This document shows positions 53,742-64,000 of a stretch of 64,000 bases of DNA, in pieces (positions within the stretch are counted from its first letter, which is position 1; every line of letters begins with the position of its first letter). The notes under the pieces were generated by a model. That model searched no databases. It was not told the DNA's origin and worked only from the letters and a program-made list of their open reading frames with translations. Source of the stretch: Naegleria gruberi (Eukaryota); NCBI GenBank assembly GCA_000004985.1, contig GG738919.1; one strand, written 5' to 3'. A program made the translations under genes and the position numbers.

Positions 53742-54820
53742 ATGAAGGTATTGCTCCTATCGCTTGTTGTATTGTGTGTATTATGTAGCAGTTATAACTT
53801 GATGATCGGTGGTGCTTTGGGAGAAACAAATGCGCTCTCGTATCCACTTCCAAAACTCTCGATCGTTCCTGGTACTTTGACTGTGAGTGGGTTATCATCG
53901 GGAGCCTATATGGCTACACAATTTCATGTTGCTTTCAGTAAGACTGTTAGAGGAGCTGGAGTATTTGCTGGAGGACCATATTATTGTGCTCAGAATGATT
54001 TTGCAAAGGCTAATGCTGGATGTATGAAGGTGGCAAGTATGATTGATTTGGATTCTATTCAAGCCAATGTTAAAGAGTTTGAAAGACAAGGGTTAATTGA
54101 TCCAATTGAAAATTTGAAAGGTCAATCCGTTTACTTGTTTAGTGGACTTAAGGATTATGTTGTATTTCAGGCTGTAATGAACAAATTGAAAGATCAATAT
54201 TCGAAATATTTCGGAATTACTAGAATAGTTGCTCATTTTGGTTCAATTGCATCTCATGCTATGATTACCAATAATTATGGTGGAAAATGTGATTTCTTTG
54301 GTGTAGGTTTTATTATTGATTCAATTGTGAGATGTTAATAATTTTTTTACTGAGCTAGTCACCTTTCATTAATAATTGTGATTATGATGCAGCATCAGAG
54401 GTATTCAGCACACTTTTAAAGGAATATAATGGAACTTCAATTCCACATGTTGAGGAGAACTTTTACATGTTTCCACAAAAGGATAAATATTTAGCTAGTT
54501 CATTCGATGAATATGGATACATTTACATTCCAAAAGCCTGCAGAACTACTCAATGTAGAATTCACGTCGTTTTCCATGGTTGCCTACAAGGAAGAAGTTC
54601 TATTGGTGATGTTTATGCTAAAAATGCTGGCTATTTACAACATGCAGAGCTCAATAATTTAATCATTCTCTTCCCACAAGTAACTACTCTTGCCAAAGTC
54701 AACCCTAACGGATGTATGGATTGGTGGGGTTATACCAATGAAAAGTATGCAACCAAAGAAGGAGAACAATTGGTAGCTGTTAGGAACATGTTATTGGATT
54801 TGGGAGTTACTGATTTTTAA
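53742..54820 (+). CDS. secreted esterase of the PHB-depolymerase family; two ORFs probably joined by a 32-nt intron: join(53742..54326, 54359..54820)
   Basis: N-terminal signal peptide (MKVLLLSLVVLCVLCSS). Lipase box GLSSGAYMATQ in ORF 1. HGC oxyanion-type motif CRIHVVFHGCLQGRSS and a WWGY motif in ORF 2. The ORF-2 frame is open upstream of its first ATG and reads plausibly (…SPFINNCDYDAASEVFSTLLKEYNGTSIPHVEENFYMFPQ…). Donor ATT|GTGAGA at 54327 and acceptor GCTAG| at 54358 join the ORFs in phase 0. Confidence 0.55.
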
Positions 54821-54846
54821 AATAAAATTATCCAAAAGAAATCAGT

Positions 54847-55677
54847 TTATTCTTGTGACATGATCTTAATGAGCTCGTATACTGTAATGGAAAGAGCTGA
54901 AGTACTAGACATGAAAATAGTATTTGGAAGAATTCCCTTAGTGAAACCTTTCCATCCCTCTTGTTTCCTCAAGTCACGTATCAATTTCCAAACTGATGTT
55001 TTCTCTCCGTCTGTCTGGAGCCTAGTTTTAATAACATCCATAGGATTGAATAAAACTGCACATGATAAACCTGCAGCAAATCCACCCAATGACGATGATA
55101 AAATCTGATGTTTGAAGAGGTGGTTTTTCTTCTCTTCTTCACCTAGTTGTTTAAAATAGAAATTTCTAATGAGGCCATACTGAGTCCACCAAACAGCACT
55201 CTCTGGGGCATACTTTGCCATGGTCATTCCATAGCCTCTGAATAGTCCTTTAAATCCTTCTTTGTGTACGATATCCTTGACAATGTGAGTGACGGATTGG
55301 TCGTGTGAAATCATTCTCCTCTGTGAAATGACTTCAAACGGAACCACCAACACATTGGCAACAACATCAGCACTAAATCCAGCCAATAGATATCTGGTTG
55401 TTAAATTCATTCGATCCACTAGTTGTTGATTTGATAATTCATAAGTGCTCATATACAAATTTTCCGATGTTAAACCTCCAGCCCAACTCACTAGAAAACC
55501 TCTATAAAGAGCTCTGAATGATGATTGTTTCACAAGATTTCTTAAAATTGATAATTGAGTCAAATGACCATCTCTGTGAACTTGTTGATGTGTTTTAATT
55601 AAATCAAAAGGATAGAAAACTACTTGTGTTGCTGTTGATGCTATAAATCCATAGGCATAATATTTGAACTTGTTCAT
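54847..55677 (-). CDS. mitochondrial carrier family (SLC25) protein
   Basis: 276 aa with three carrier repeats and the Px[D/E]xx[K/R] signatures PFDLIKTHQQ, PFEVISQRRM and PMDVIKTRLQ. Confidence 0.8.
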   Translation of the reverse strand: MNKFKYYAYGFIASTATQVVFYPFDLIKTHQQVHRDGHLTQLSILRNLVKQSSFRALYRGFLVSWAGGLTSENLYMSTYELSNQQLVDRMNLTTRYLLAGFSADVVANVLVVPFEVISQRRMISHDQSVTHIVKDIVHKEGFKGLFRGYGMTMAKYAPESAVWWTQYGLIRNFYFKQLGEEEKKNHLFKHQILSSSLGGFAAGLSCAVLFNPMDVIKTRLQTDGEKTSVWKLIRDLRKQEGWKGFTKGILPNTIFMSSTSALSITVYELIKIMSQE

Positions 55678-55981
55678 ATCATTCCAAGTGACTTCGTAAC
55701 GAGGTTTTCCACCAACTACATCCTCCGATGATGCATTATTATTTAAATCAGTAGTAGTAAGTATCCTTGTTATTTTCTATTCCTATTGTTCCATCAATAT
55801 TATCCTTATTATCCATAGTCATGTTGATTTAATTTTTTAAATTGATTGTATTGAGAAATTAAGTGTTGATAAAAATTGGTTCGTCCGAGCACAGTTTCAT
55901 CCAATCAATTTCATTTGTGTGAGATTGGATGCTGTAGTGATGATGTGAAGGCTTTTTTTCGCTCCTCTATTTTTTTCAGTG

Positions 55982-56746
55982 ATGACGATTGATGAAGACA
56001 TGATTACTAAAGATTTGATGAAATTTACAATAAAAATGAATACACAAGTGCTCTCCAAATACATTGAATCAAAGGATGAAGATGAACAATTGTTGATTTT
56101 GTATCAGGTGTTTAAAAATTATGATTTGGACGGAAATAATGCGATTGATAAGAGGGAATTGATTCCATTCTTTATGGATTTTTTGAAGGGTTTGTACTTG
56201 TGATGAATTTAATTATAGTTGATCATCATGTGATTAATATTAATTGATAATATATGGAAAATGTGGAATATATTGTGATGATGAATAATCATACTAGTAT
56301 TGGGAATGGATCCATCTTCGATTACTCCGGATGATGTCAAGAAATTTATGAGTGGAATTGATTCGGATGGAAATGGTACAATATCATTTGTAGAATTTAC
56401 TAATTGGTTTAAAGATGCAGTGTTAGGATTGATTCCTCCATCAAAGAAAAAGAAGAAGAAGAGAACTCTTCTCGATTCATATCTTGCTGAAAAGAATACC
56501 ACCAAACAAGTTGAAGTTTTACAATCAATTTTCAGAAAGTACGATACTAATGTGGATGGTAAAATAGATAGAGATGAATTTGATCAATTCTTAACAGATT
56601 TATTCAAACAATTTGAATTGGGAATACCAAGTGGAGATCATGTAACATACTTCTTCGATGTAATTGATACTGACAAATCTGGTGGAATAACCATTAACGA
56701 AATAGATGTTTGGTTACGAGAGAATATTGAAAAGTTCACTCATTAA
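55982..56746 (+). CDS. EF-hand calcium-binding protein, two exons: join(55982..56189, 56298..56746)
   Basis: Four EF-hand loops (DLDGNNAIDKREL; DSDGNGTISFVEF; DTNVDGKIDRDEF; DTDKSGGITINEI). Donor G|GTTTGT at 56190 and acceptor ATACTAG| at 56297 give a 108-nt intron (phase 1) that joins the 74-aa and 148-aa ORFs in frame (...FFMDFLK-V-LGMDPSS...). The first ATG is at 55982. Confidence 0.7.
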
Positions 56747-57401
56747 TTTATTGTAATTTTATTGTAAATTGTACAACAAAAAATTAATTTGTTATAATAA
56801 TTTATATTGATTTTGTTTTGAGTTGAGCCTAATTAAATAATGTATTTGCTGAAGAGAAATTAACTCAATTCTGATTTAGATCAGTTTCAACCAATATTTA
56901 TATAATCATAAATTTTCAAACACCCTGATCCAATTACAAAGGGAGCTGTCTTTGTTGTCTTTGTGAAGGCGAGCAAGTTCAGTAGCATTTACAGAATGAG
57001 AGATTAAAGGTATTAGACCAGGATTGAATTTGGCTTGTAAATTTCCTCCATTTTTCCATTCTTTCTGATCTTTCAGATAGATTTGCAATGATGGATTTCG
57101 AGTGAATTCAAAAGCTTCTCTTTAGGATTTTTCAATTGTGAACAATAAATCTCTCGGAAAAACAACTTGTTTCGGAATAATGACAACTGGCATTTGCTCA
57201 CTAGATGATTGACCACCAGAATTTTGTCCAAGAATTTTGATGATCAAAATTATTTTCTCTATTTAAATGTTCTTTTGCAATAATCGACACGACTTCTTGT
57301 GGCAATACAAACAGAGAGGAATCATTTTTTTTAATTAATAATTGTAATAATTATTCGAAATGTTTAGTTTATAATTGTTAAAAGTGGAATCTAAGAATAA
57401 A

Positions 57402-57932
57402 CTACATTTTGGAAAGGTCTCTTTCGAATACTCTTTCGCATAACATTCTTCCATTAAATCTGCTCACTCTATTAGTTTGATAGGTGAGATAATTTCTCGA
57501 ATCTCTCAATTCGAAACCATTATTTCCCAACAATTCCCACAAGGCATGAGTACTATCAGTCATGGCATATGGAACTGCATACGAATCATCAGTTTGACTC
57601 ATATCCCTCGCCCAAATCAAATTTAATTCGAAATCTTCAAAGACAACTTGAGCAATTTGTTGACCTTCCAAATATTCTGAATTATTTGGATAAGAAACTC
57701 CAAATAATTCCTTAAAAACTGATGGAGCAATTCTCAATGCTTGGAAAACATCTTTTGGTCCAATAATTTCTCTCACATTAATGTACTGTTTCGTTGACTT
57801 TTTTGCGTGAACCTTATTGACCTCTCCTCCAATCACTGGAATGGAACTGTTTATTCCAGGAGGTGGTGGTGGAGTAAATCCTTGAGAAGTACTAATAATG
57901 CTGTTATTGCTTGGTGGAGGTGGTGGAGGCAT
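57402..57932 (-). CDS. hypothetical protein with Pro-rich N-terminus
   Basis: 176-aa ORF (MPPPPPPSNN...TPPPPPG...) followed by a globular-looking segment. No family recognised. It may continue into the small ORF 56906..57088 via splicing (not established). Confidence 0.4.
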   Translation of the reverse strand: MPPPPPPSNNSIISTSQGFTPPPPPGINSSIPVIGGEVNKVHAKKSTKQYINVREIIGPKDVFQALRIAPSVFKELFGVSYPNNSEYLEGQQIAQVVFEDFELNLIWARDMSQTDDSYAVPYAMTDSTHALWELLGNNGFELRDSRNYLTYQTNRVSRFNGRMLCERVFERDLSKM

Positions 57933-59783
57933 TTGTTGGTTGACTTGTTTTTTTGAAGTTGGTTTTGGGTTGTGTCATGTTATTGGACTCGTATTTATAG
58001 AGTTTAGTTTATCATGATAACATGGTACAGTTGGTAAAATGGAATCAGAAATCACGGTTAAATGAACCCCAAGGTTCTTTTGTTACTTTGAGTTGAACTG
58101 GAAAGAAGAAGAAAAGAGGTGCAACACGGCAATCTATCCTACTATTGCAATGAATCCTGTTACTATAAAAGGTGCACTACTTTTATTTCTATTGTTTTTC
58201 ACAATATCTTGTTTTTGTACATGTAGTACATCTGTATTCAACATGAATGAGTTCCCGCCAAAAAACAATTAAAATGTTATATTGCAAATTAATAAAAACA
58301 AGATTGAGAACAAGTAATTATACTAATGGGTATTAAAGCTCAGGGACTGTGTTATAGGCGATAAAAACTCGCATGAAGACCCAGGCAGTTAAATTCGTTG
58401 GTATGAACCTTCCAGGCGAAAAATACTTCTAGGATAGATTCCATTAAAAATATCCATCCCTAAAAGTCTGCTATATTAGGGATGGAATTAGACCTTGCAC
58501 AAATAGAATCCAATTAGACAAAACTTATCTGTTAAGGTAGGAATTATCATTAAAATGATAAGTCTCATTAAACAAGCTATATTAGCATGAATTTAGAGCC
58601 ATTATGTGTAATATCTTGTTTTATGAACCTATTCAATATCTACTAGGATTTTATGAATTATCAAGTATTAAAGAAGTATATTTAATTGGTAAATAATCAC
58701 AGATTAGTTTTTAAAAAATTAAAATCTCCAATTCAATGAATTTTACACAATAAATTAATGTGTGATACAAAAGTACAATGAAATTTATTATTTTGATGTT
58801 TTGACTTGGTGAACATCTGGTTAGGCTGAGAACTTGCATGTTTTGAGAGAAATTTAAGATCTTTATGATCTCATCGAAATAAAACGAAATATTTGATATG
58901 GTACCATCTACAATAATACTAATAACAGTTTATTAATGTTTCAAGAAGTTTGGCTATATACTTTTGGCATGAATCATGATTTGTAAGCATGAATATTCCG
59001 AAGTTGGTAAAACAACAAAATGATGAAAAACTGATAATAAATATATTGTTTATTATGTATTTGAATAGTAGTTATGAAAGACATTTTCCAAGTTGGTGAA
59101 GTACATGTTGAGTTATGGTCCATGTACATGTTGAAAATATACATGAACCTATCATGATGATAACCAATAGGAAAATGTTCGGAAGTGATTTTACCTGATG
59201 GAATCGACCATGCTGAACAATACTAGATTGAAAGTTTTCCAAATTACCATATGAATCTGGCAGTGATGATGATTTTAGTGAAAATATTGAATTTCACTAA
59301 AATATTACTATTATCAGATTTATTTCCACAAATATTACTATTATAATGATGATAAATAACAATGATGATGGTTGGAAGTTGTTCCGATGATGGTTTACCA
59401 ACTTGAATTTTTCCCAAGTGAAAATTAAATTCCAAATTTATAATCACAATCCAATAATAAAAACTACTACCAGTAATACTATTAGGATGATGTTGAGATG
59501 ATGATGTGAAAGTTTGGTGGATTCATGGGGTGAAATCACTCTGAAAATCACCAAAGTGTTCCCAATGTGTGTTTGGGCTGAAATATTTTTTCTTAATGGT
59601 GGAAAATAATGGAACGTGTATTTGTTCGGTGTTATTAATACATACAAGGCAACACCAAGAACTTTTGTCCATCAAATAAGCACCCTACTATTTTCGCCTA
59701 GACATTTTAGGCTATTTTTTTTGGCCTAAATATTTTTTGCCTGTTTTTCAGGCGAAAAAAGTAGCCTAGAACACACAGTAAAG

Positions 59784-60572
59784 ATGCTTCTATCAAATGT
59801 TGCTGAGTTGGCCAATGCTGTTGGCTCGGATTCGTCCGTTGGTTTATTCGGATATCCAATAATGATTGTTTCACTTATTGGAATGTTGGGTTCTTTCGTC
59901 TTGTGGTATGCAAGAATGATTTTTGGCAGTTTATTGTTTAGATGGATGTTTTATCAATTAAATTTGTCTGATACTTGCATTGAATATGCTTGGTTTAGTT
60001 TGTGGTTTTCACACCATCCTTATACCAAAAATGGAAGTACTCATGTTAAACCATTCCAAAAAACAACCAAACTTAGAGTTAATAGAACAAATGAACCAAA
60101 GGAAGAAGACTCAATTGCCACTTCCAATATTTCAGAAATGATTTCCAATTTGAAAGTCAACTTTGTTCCAAGTTATGGAATTCACATCTTGTACAGAAAT
60201 TCTGAACCACTCATAGTTTCCATTTCCATTAATACCAATCAAAATAATAATGCCTACAACACAGAGGAGAAAACTCGTGAAGATATTGTCATTTGGAAAC
60301 CAAGACATTTCCTCACTGATTACCTTATCAAATTTTTATTTCCATGTCAAGATGGAGTGAACAATTGTAATTCAGTAATTGATATGTTGGAAAAGGCAGG
60401 AGTTGCCAAAGAGTTCCTCTCCTTTAATCCAACCTATCCTCAATCTATTGAGAATGCCTACTCTGTATTTCGTGAATTATTGTGTGACTGTTTCTATGTC
60501 CATACTCTCATGACCAGAGAAAAGACCACAATTTACACACCTTATTTCTCCCAATGGTTTTGGCATCTTTCA
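59784..60572 (+). CDS. hypothetical membrane protein, 5' part (truncated by assembly gap)
   Basis: ATG at 59784. Two N-terminal hydrophobic helices. The ORF stays open for 263 codons until the N-run begins at 60573. The long ORFs reported across 60508..62914 are artefacts of translating N. Confidence 0.4.
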
Positions 60573-62856
60573 NNNNNNNNNNNNNNNNNNNNNNNNNNNN
60601 NNNNNNNNNNNNNNNNNNNNNNNNNNNNNNNNNNNNNNNNNNNNNNNNNNNNNNNNNNNNNNNNNNNNNNNNNNNNNNNNNNNNNNNNNNNNNNNNNNNN
60701 NNNNNNNNNNNNNNNNNNNNNNNNNNNNNNNNNNNNNNNNNNNNNNNNNNNNNNNNNNNNNNNNNNNNNNNNNNNNNNNNNNNNNNNNNNNNNNNNNNNN
60801 NNNNNNNNNNNNNNNNNNNNNNNNNNNNNNNNNNNNNNNNNNNNNNNNNNNNNNNNNNNNNNNNNNNNNNNNNNNNNNNNNNNNNNNNNNNNNNNNNNNN
60901 NNNNNNNNNNNNNNNNNNNNNNNNNNNNNNNNNNNNNNNNNNNNNNNNNNNNNNNNNNNNNNNNNNNNNNNNNNNNNNNNNNNNNNNNNNNNNNNNNNNN
61001 NNNNNNNNNNNNNNNNNNNNNNNNNNNNNNNNNNNNNNNNNNNNNNNNNNNNNNNNNNNNNNNNNNNNNNNNNNNNNNNNNNNNNNNNNNNNNNNNNNNN
61101 NNNNNNNNNNNNNNNNNNNNNNNNNNNNNNNNNNNNNNNNNNNNNNNNNNNNNNNNNNNNNNNNNNNNNNNNNNNNNNNNNNNNNNNNNNNNNNNNNNNN
61201 NNNNNNNNNNNNNNNNNNNNNNNNNNNNNNNNNNNNNNNNNNNNNNNNNNNNNNNNNNNNNNNNNNNNNNNNNNNNNNNNNNNNNNNNNNNNNNNNNNNN
61301 NNNNNNNNNNNNNNNNNNNNNNNNNNNNNNNNNNNNNNNNNNNNNNNNNNNNNNNNNNNNNNNNNNNNNNNNNNNNNNNNNNNNNNNNNNNNNNNNNNNN
61401 NNNNNNNNNNNNNNNNNNNNNNNNNNNNNNNNNNNNNNNNNNNNNNNNNNNNNNNNNNNNNNNNNNNNNNNNNNNNNNNNNNNNNNNNNNNNNNNNNNNN
61501 NNNNNNNNNNNNNNNNNNNNNNNNNNNNNNNNNNNNNNNNNNNNNNNNNNNNNNNNNNNNNNNNNNNNNNNNNNNNNNNNNNNNNNNNNNNNNNNNNNNN
61601 NNNNNNNNNNNNNNNNNNNNNNNNNNNNNNNNNNNNNNNNNNNNNNNNNNNNNNNNNNNNNNNNNNNNNNNNNNNNNNNNNNNNNNNNNNNNNNNNNNNN
61701 NNNNNNNNNNNNNNNNNNNNNNNNNNNNNNNNNNNNNNNNNNNNNNNNNNNNNNNNNNNNNNNNNNNNNNNNNNNNNNNNNNNNNNNNNNNNNNNNNNNN
61801 NNNNNNNNNNNNNNNNNNNNNNNNNNNNNNNNNNNNNNNNNNNNNNNNNNNNNNNNNNNNNNNNNNNNNNNNNNNNNNNNNNNNNNNNNNNNNNNNNNNN
61901 NNNNNNNNNNNNNNNNNNNNNNNNNNNNNNNNNNNNNNNNNNNNNNNNNNNNNNNNNNNNNNNNNNNNNNNNNNNNNNNNNNNNNNNNNNNNNNNNNNNN
62001 NNNNNNNNNNNNNNNNNNNNNNNNNNNNNNNNNNNNNNNNNNNNNNNNNNNNNNNNNNNNNNNNNNNNNNNNNNNNNNNNNNNNNNNNNNNNNNNNNNNN
62101 NNNNNNNNNNNNNNNNNNNNNNNNNNNNNNNNNNNNNNNNNNNNNNNNNNNNNNNNNNNNNNNNNNNNNNNNNNNNNNNNNNNNNNNNNNNNNNNNNNNN
62201 NNNNNNNNNNNNNNNNNNNNNNNNNNNNNNNNNNNNNNNNNNNNNNNNNNNNNNNNNNNNNNNNNNNNNNNNNNNNNNNNNNNNNNNNNNNNNNNNNNNN
62301 NNNNNNNNNNNNNNNNNNNNNNNNNNNNNNNNNNNNNNNNNNNNNNNNNNNNNNNNNNNNNNNNNNNNNNNNNNNNNNNNNNNNNNNNNNNNNNNNNNNN
62401 NNNNNNNNNNNNNNNNNNNNNNNNNNNNNNNNNNNNNNNNNNNNNNNNNNNNNNNNNNNNNNNNNNNNNNNNNNNNNNNNNNNNNNNNNNNNNNNNNNNN
62501 NNNNNNNNNNNNNNNNNNNNNNNNNNNNNNNNNNNNNNNNNNNNNNNNNNNNNNNNNNNNNNNNNNNNNNNNNNNNNNNNNNNNNNNNNNNNNNNNNNNN
62601 NNNNNNNNNNNNNNNNNNNNNNNNNNNNNNNNNNNNNNNNNNNNNNNNNNNNNNNNNNNNNNNNNNNNNNNNNNNNNNNNNNNNNNNNNNNNNNNNNNNN
62701 NNNNNNNNNNNNNNNNNNNNNNNNNNNNNNNNNNNNNNNNNNNNNNNNNNNNNNNNNNNNNNNNNNNNNNNNNNNNNNNNNNNNNNNNNNNNNNNNNNNN
62801 NNNNNNNNNNNNNNNNNNNNNNNNNNNNNNNNNNNNNNNNNNNNNNNNNNNNNNNN
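60573..62856. other. assembly gap (2,284 N)
   Basis: Run of N. Confidence 1.
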
Positions 62857-63340
62857 CAATGTTAGTATAGGTCAGTTGACAAGTTGAACAGCAAATATCC
62901 TGAAATGATACCAAAGTATTTGAAATTGATATACATTGTTATTAACATGATTTATAAGGTGATATATTGATTTGAAATGAATTAGAAATGTTTTCATTGA
63001 TATTCTAATTGTTTAATGGGTTGGGTTTGGAAACGTGTGTTTTCAAGCTATTCGAAAGTAGTAACGATTTCGATATTCCGTTAGTTTGCGTCACTTTGCG
63101 GACGGACTTATATTCAATCAATTTGGTTGTCATTCATATTGATGCGTAGAATTTTTGAGAGTATTTTTGAATGTACGTTATTTTTATCTACGCATGAATG
63201 AAAAGTACAACAATGATCAAGAGGAATTGAGTCATGAGTATGATACTTTCTCAGATTGTTCTACGCATCAAGAGTATTCGATTCAGGATTCTATTCATAT
63301 ATGATATTTGTTATAAATATATTGAATTGGATGAGATGGA

Positions 63341-63358
63341 GTTGGGTTTGGGTTTGGG
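63341..63358 (+). repeat. interstitial telomere-like repeat (GGGTTT x3) in the subtelomeric region
   Basis: GTTGGGTTTGGGTTTGGGAG, 250 nt proximal to the main array. Another partial copy GGGTTGGGTTTGG lies at about 63020..63033. Confidence 0.5.
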
Positions 63359-63609
63359 AGACTGCGGGCTAATTACATTACCCAGATTTGTTGTTTAAAT
63401 ATTGGGATATTGAATTTTTCAGATATCGTAATAGACTTCAATTACTACATTATCGTACAGAAATTCAGTTCTAATTCACTGAACTCATTGAATGGGAGCT
63501 TTTCAAAAACAGGTCATTTTTCAGTAAGGTAAAAAAAATGACATTATTGACATTTTTACCTGTCTACATCAATATTTGAATAAATTGAATGCTGTTTGCC
63601 AATTTTAGG

Positions 63610-64000
63610 TTGGGTTTGGGTTTTGGGTTTGGGTTTGGGTTTGGGTTTGGGTTTGGGTTTGGGTTTGGGTTTGGGTTTGGGTTTGGGTTTGGGTTTGGGT
63701 TTGGGTTTGGGTTTGGGTTTGGGTTTGGGTTTGGGTTTGGGTTTGGGTTTGGGTTTGGGTTTGGGTTTGGGTTTGGGTTTGGGTTTGGGTTTGGGTTTGG
63801 GTTTGGGTTTGGGTTTGGGTTTGGGTTTGGGTTTGGGTTTGGGTTTGGGTTTGGGTTTGGGTTTGGGTTTGGGTTTGGGTTTGGGTTTGGGTTTGGGTTT
63901 GGGTTTGGGTTTGGGTTTGGGTTTGGGTTTGGGTTTGGGTTTGGGTTTGGGTTTGGGTTTGGGTTTGGGTTTGGGTTTGGGTTTGGGTTTGGGTTTGAGT
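63610..64000 (+). repeat. telomere-like tandem hexamer array (GGGTTT)n, about 65 copies, running to the window end
   Basis: Perfect GGGTTT repeats from about 63610 to 64000. There is one GGGTTTT variant near the proximal end and a GAGT variant in the last unit. The G-rich strand is the + strand, oriented 5' to 3' toward the window edge, as expected for a right-hand chromosome terminus. Confidence 0.85.

Noticed and set aside
60508-62914. Very long ORFs (777-1028 aa) across 59784..62914 on both strands
   Set aside because: They are artefacts of translating the 2,284-N assembly gap as X. Only 59784..60572 is real sequence.
1-64000. Prokaryotic-style interpretations (operons, defence islands, CRISPR, integrons, insertion sequences)
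   Set aside because: No direct-repeat/spacer arrays, no Shine-Dalgarno-linked operon organisation and no transposase or integrase genes were seen. The locus instead has spliceosomal introns, a eukaryotic tRNA, eukaryotic domain families and a telomere array.

Overview
The window is nuclear DNA from an AT-rich (about 35% GC), gene-dense, intron-poor eukaryote, not a prokaryote. This follows from spliceosomal introns with GTAAGT/GTATGT donors, Asn/Gln/Ser-rich low-complexity tracts, a eukaryotic-type tRNA-Lys(CTT), F-box, RCC1-BTB, MYND, SLC25 and API5 proteins, and a telomere-like array at the right edge. The gene set and composition are compatible with an amoeboid protist such as a heterolobosean (Naegleria-like), but I cannot confirm the species from sequence alone. 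I can support about 35 protein-coding genes, mostly single long ORFs. They include a receptor-type PAS adenylate/guanylate cyclase spread over three adjacent ORFs, a DH-domain RhoGEF of more than 1,680 aa, a two-domain chromate transporter, an ERG3/ERG25-like sterol desaturase, a SAM-dependent methyltransferase, a mitochondrial carrier, an API5 homolog, an EF-hand protein, alpha/beta-hydrolases and a PHB-depolymerase-like esterase. Four introns of 94-126 nt are well supported by frame continuity and, for API5, by homology. In addition, six adjacent same-strand ORF pairs can be joined in frame by putative very short introns of 32-53 nt; these are hypotheses, and frameshift errors are the alternative. 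The window ends in about 65 tandem copies of GGGTTT with the G-strand running 3' toward the edge, so this is a chromosome or scaffold end. Two assembly gaps are present (50 N and 2,284 N). No CRISPR arrays, prokaryotic operons or obvious transposable elements were seen.
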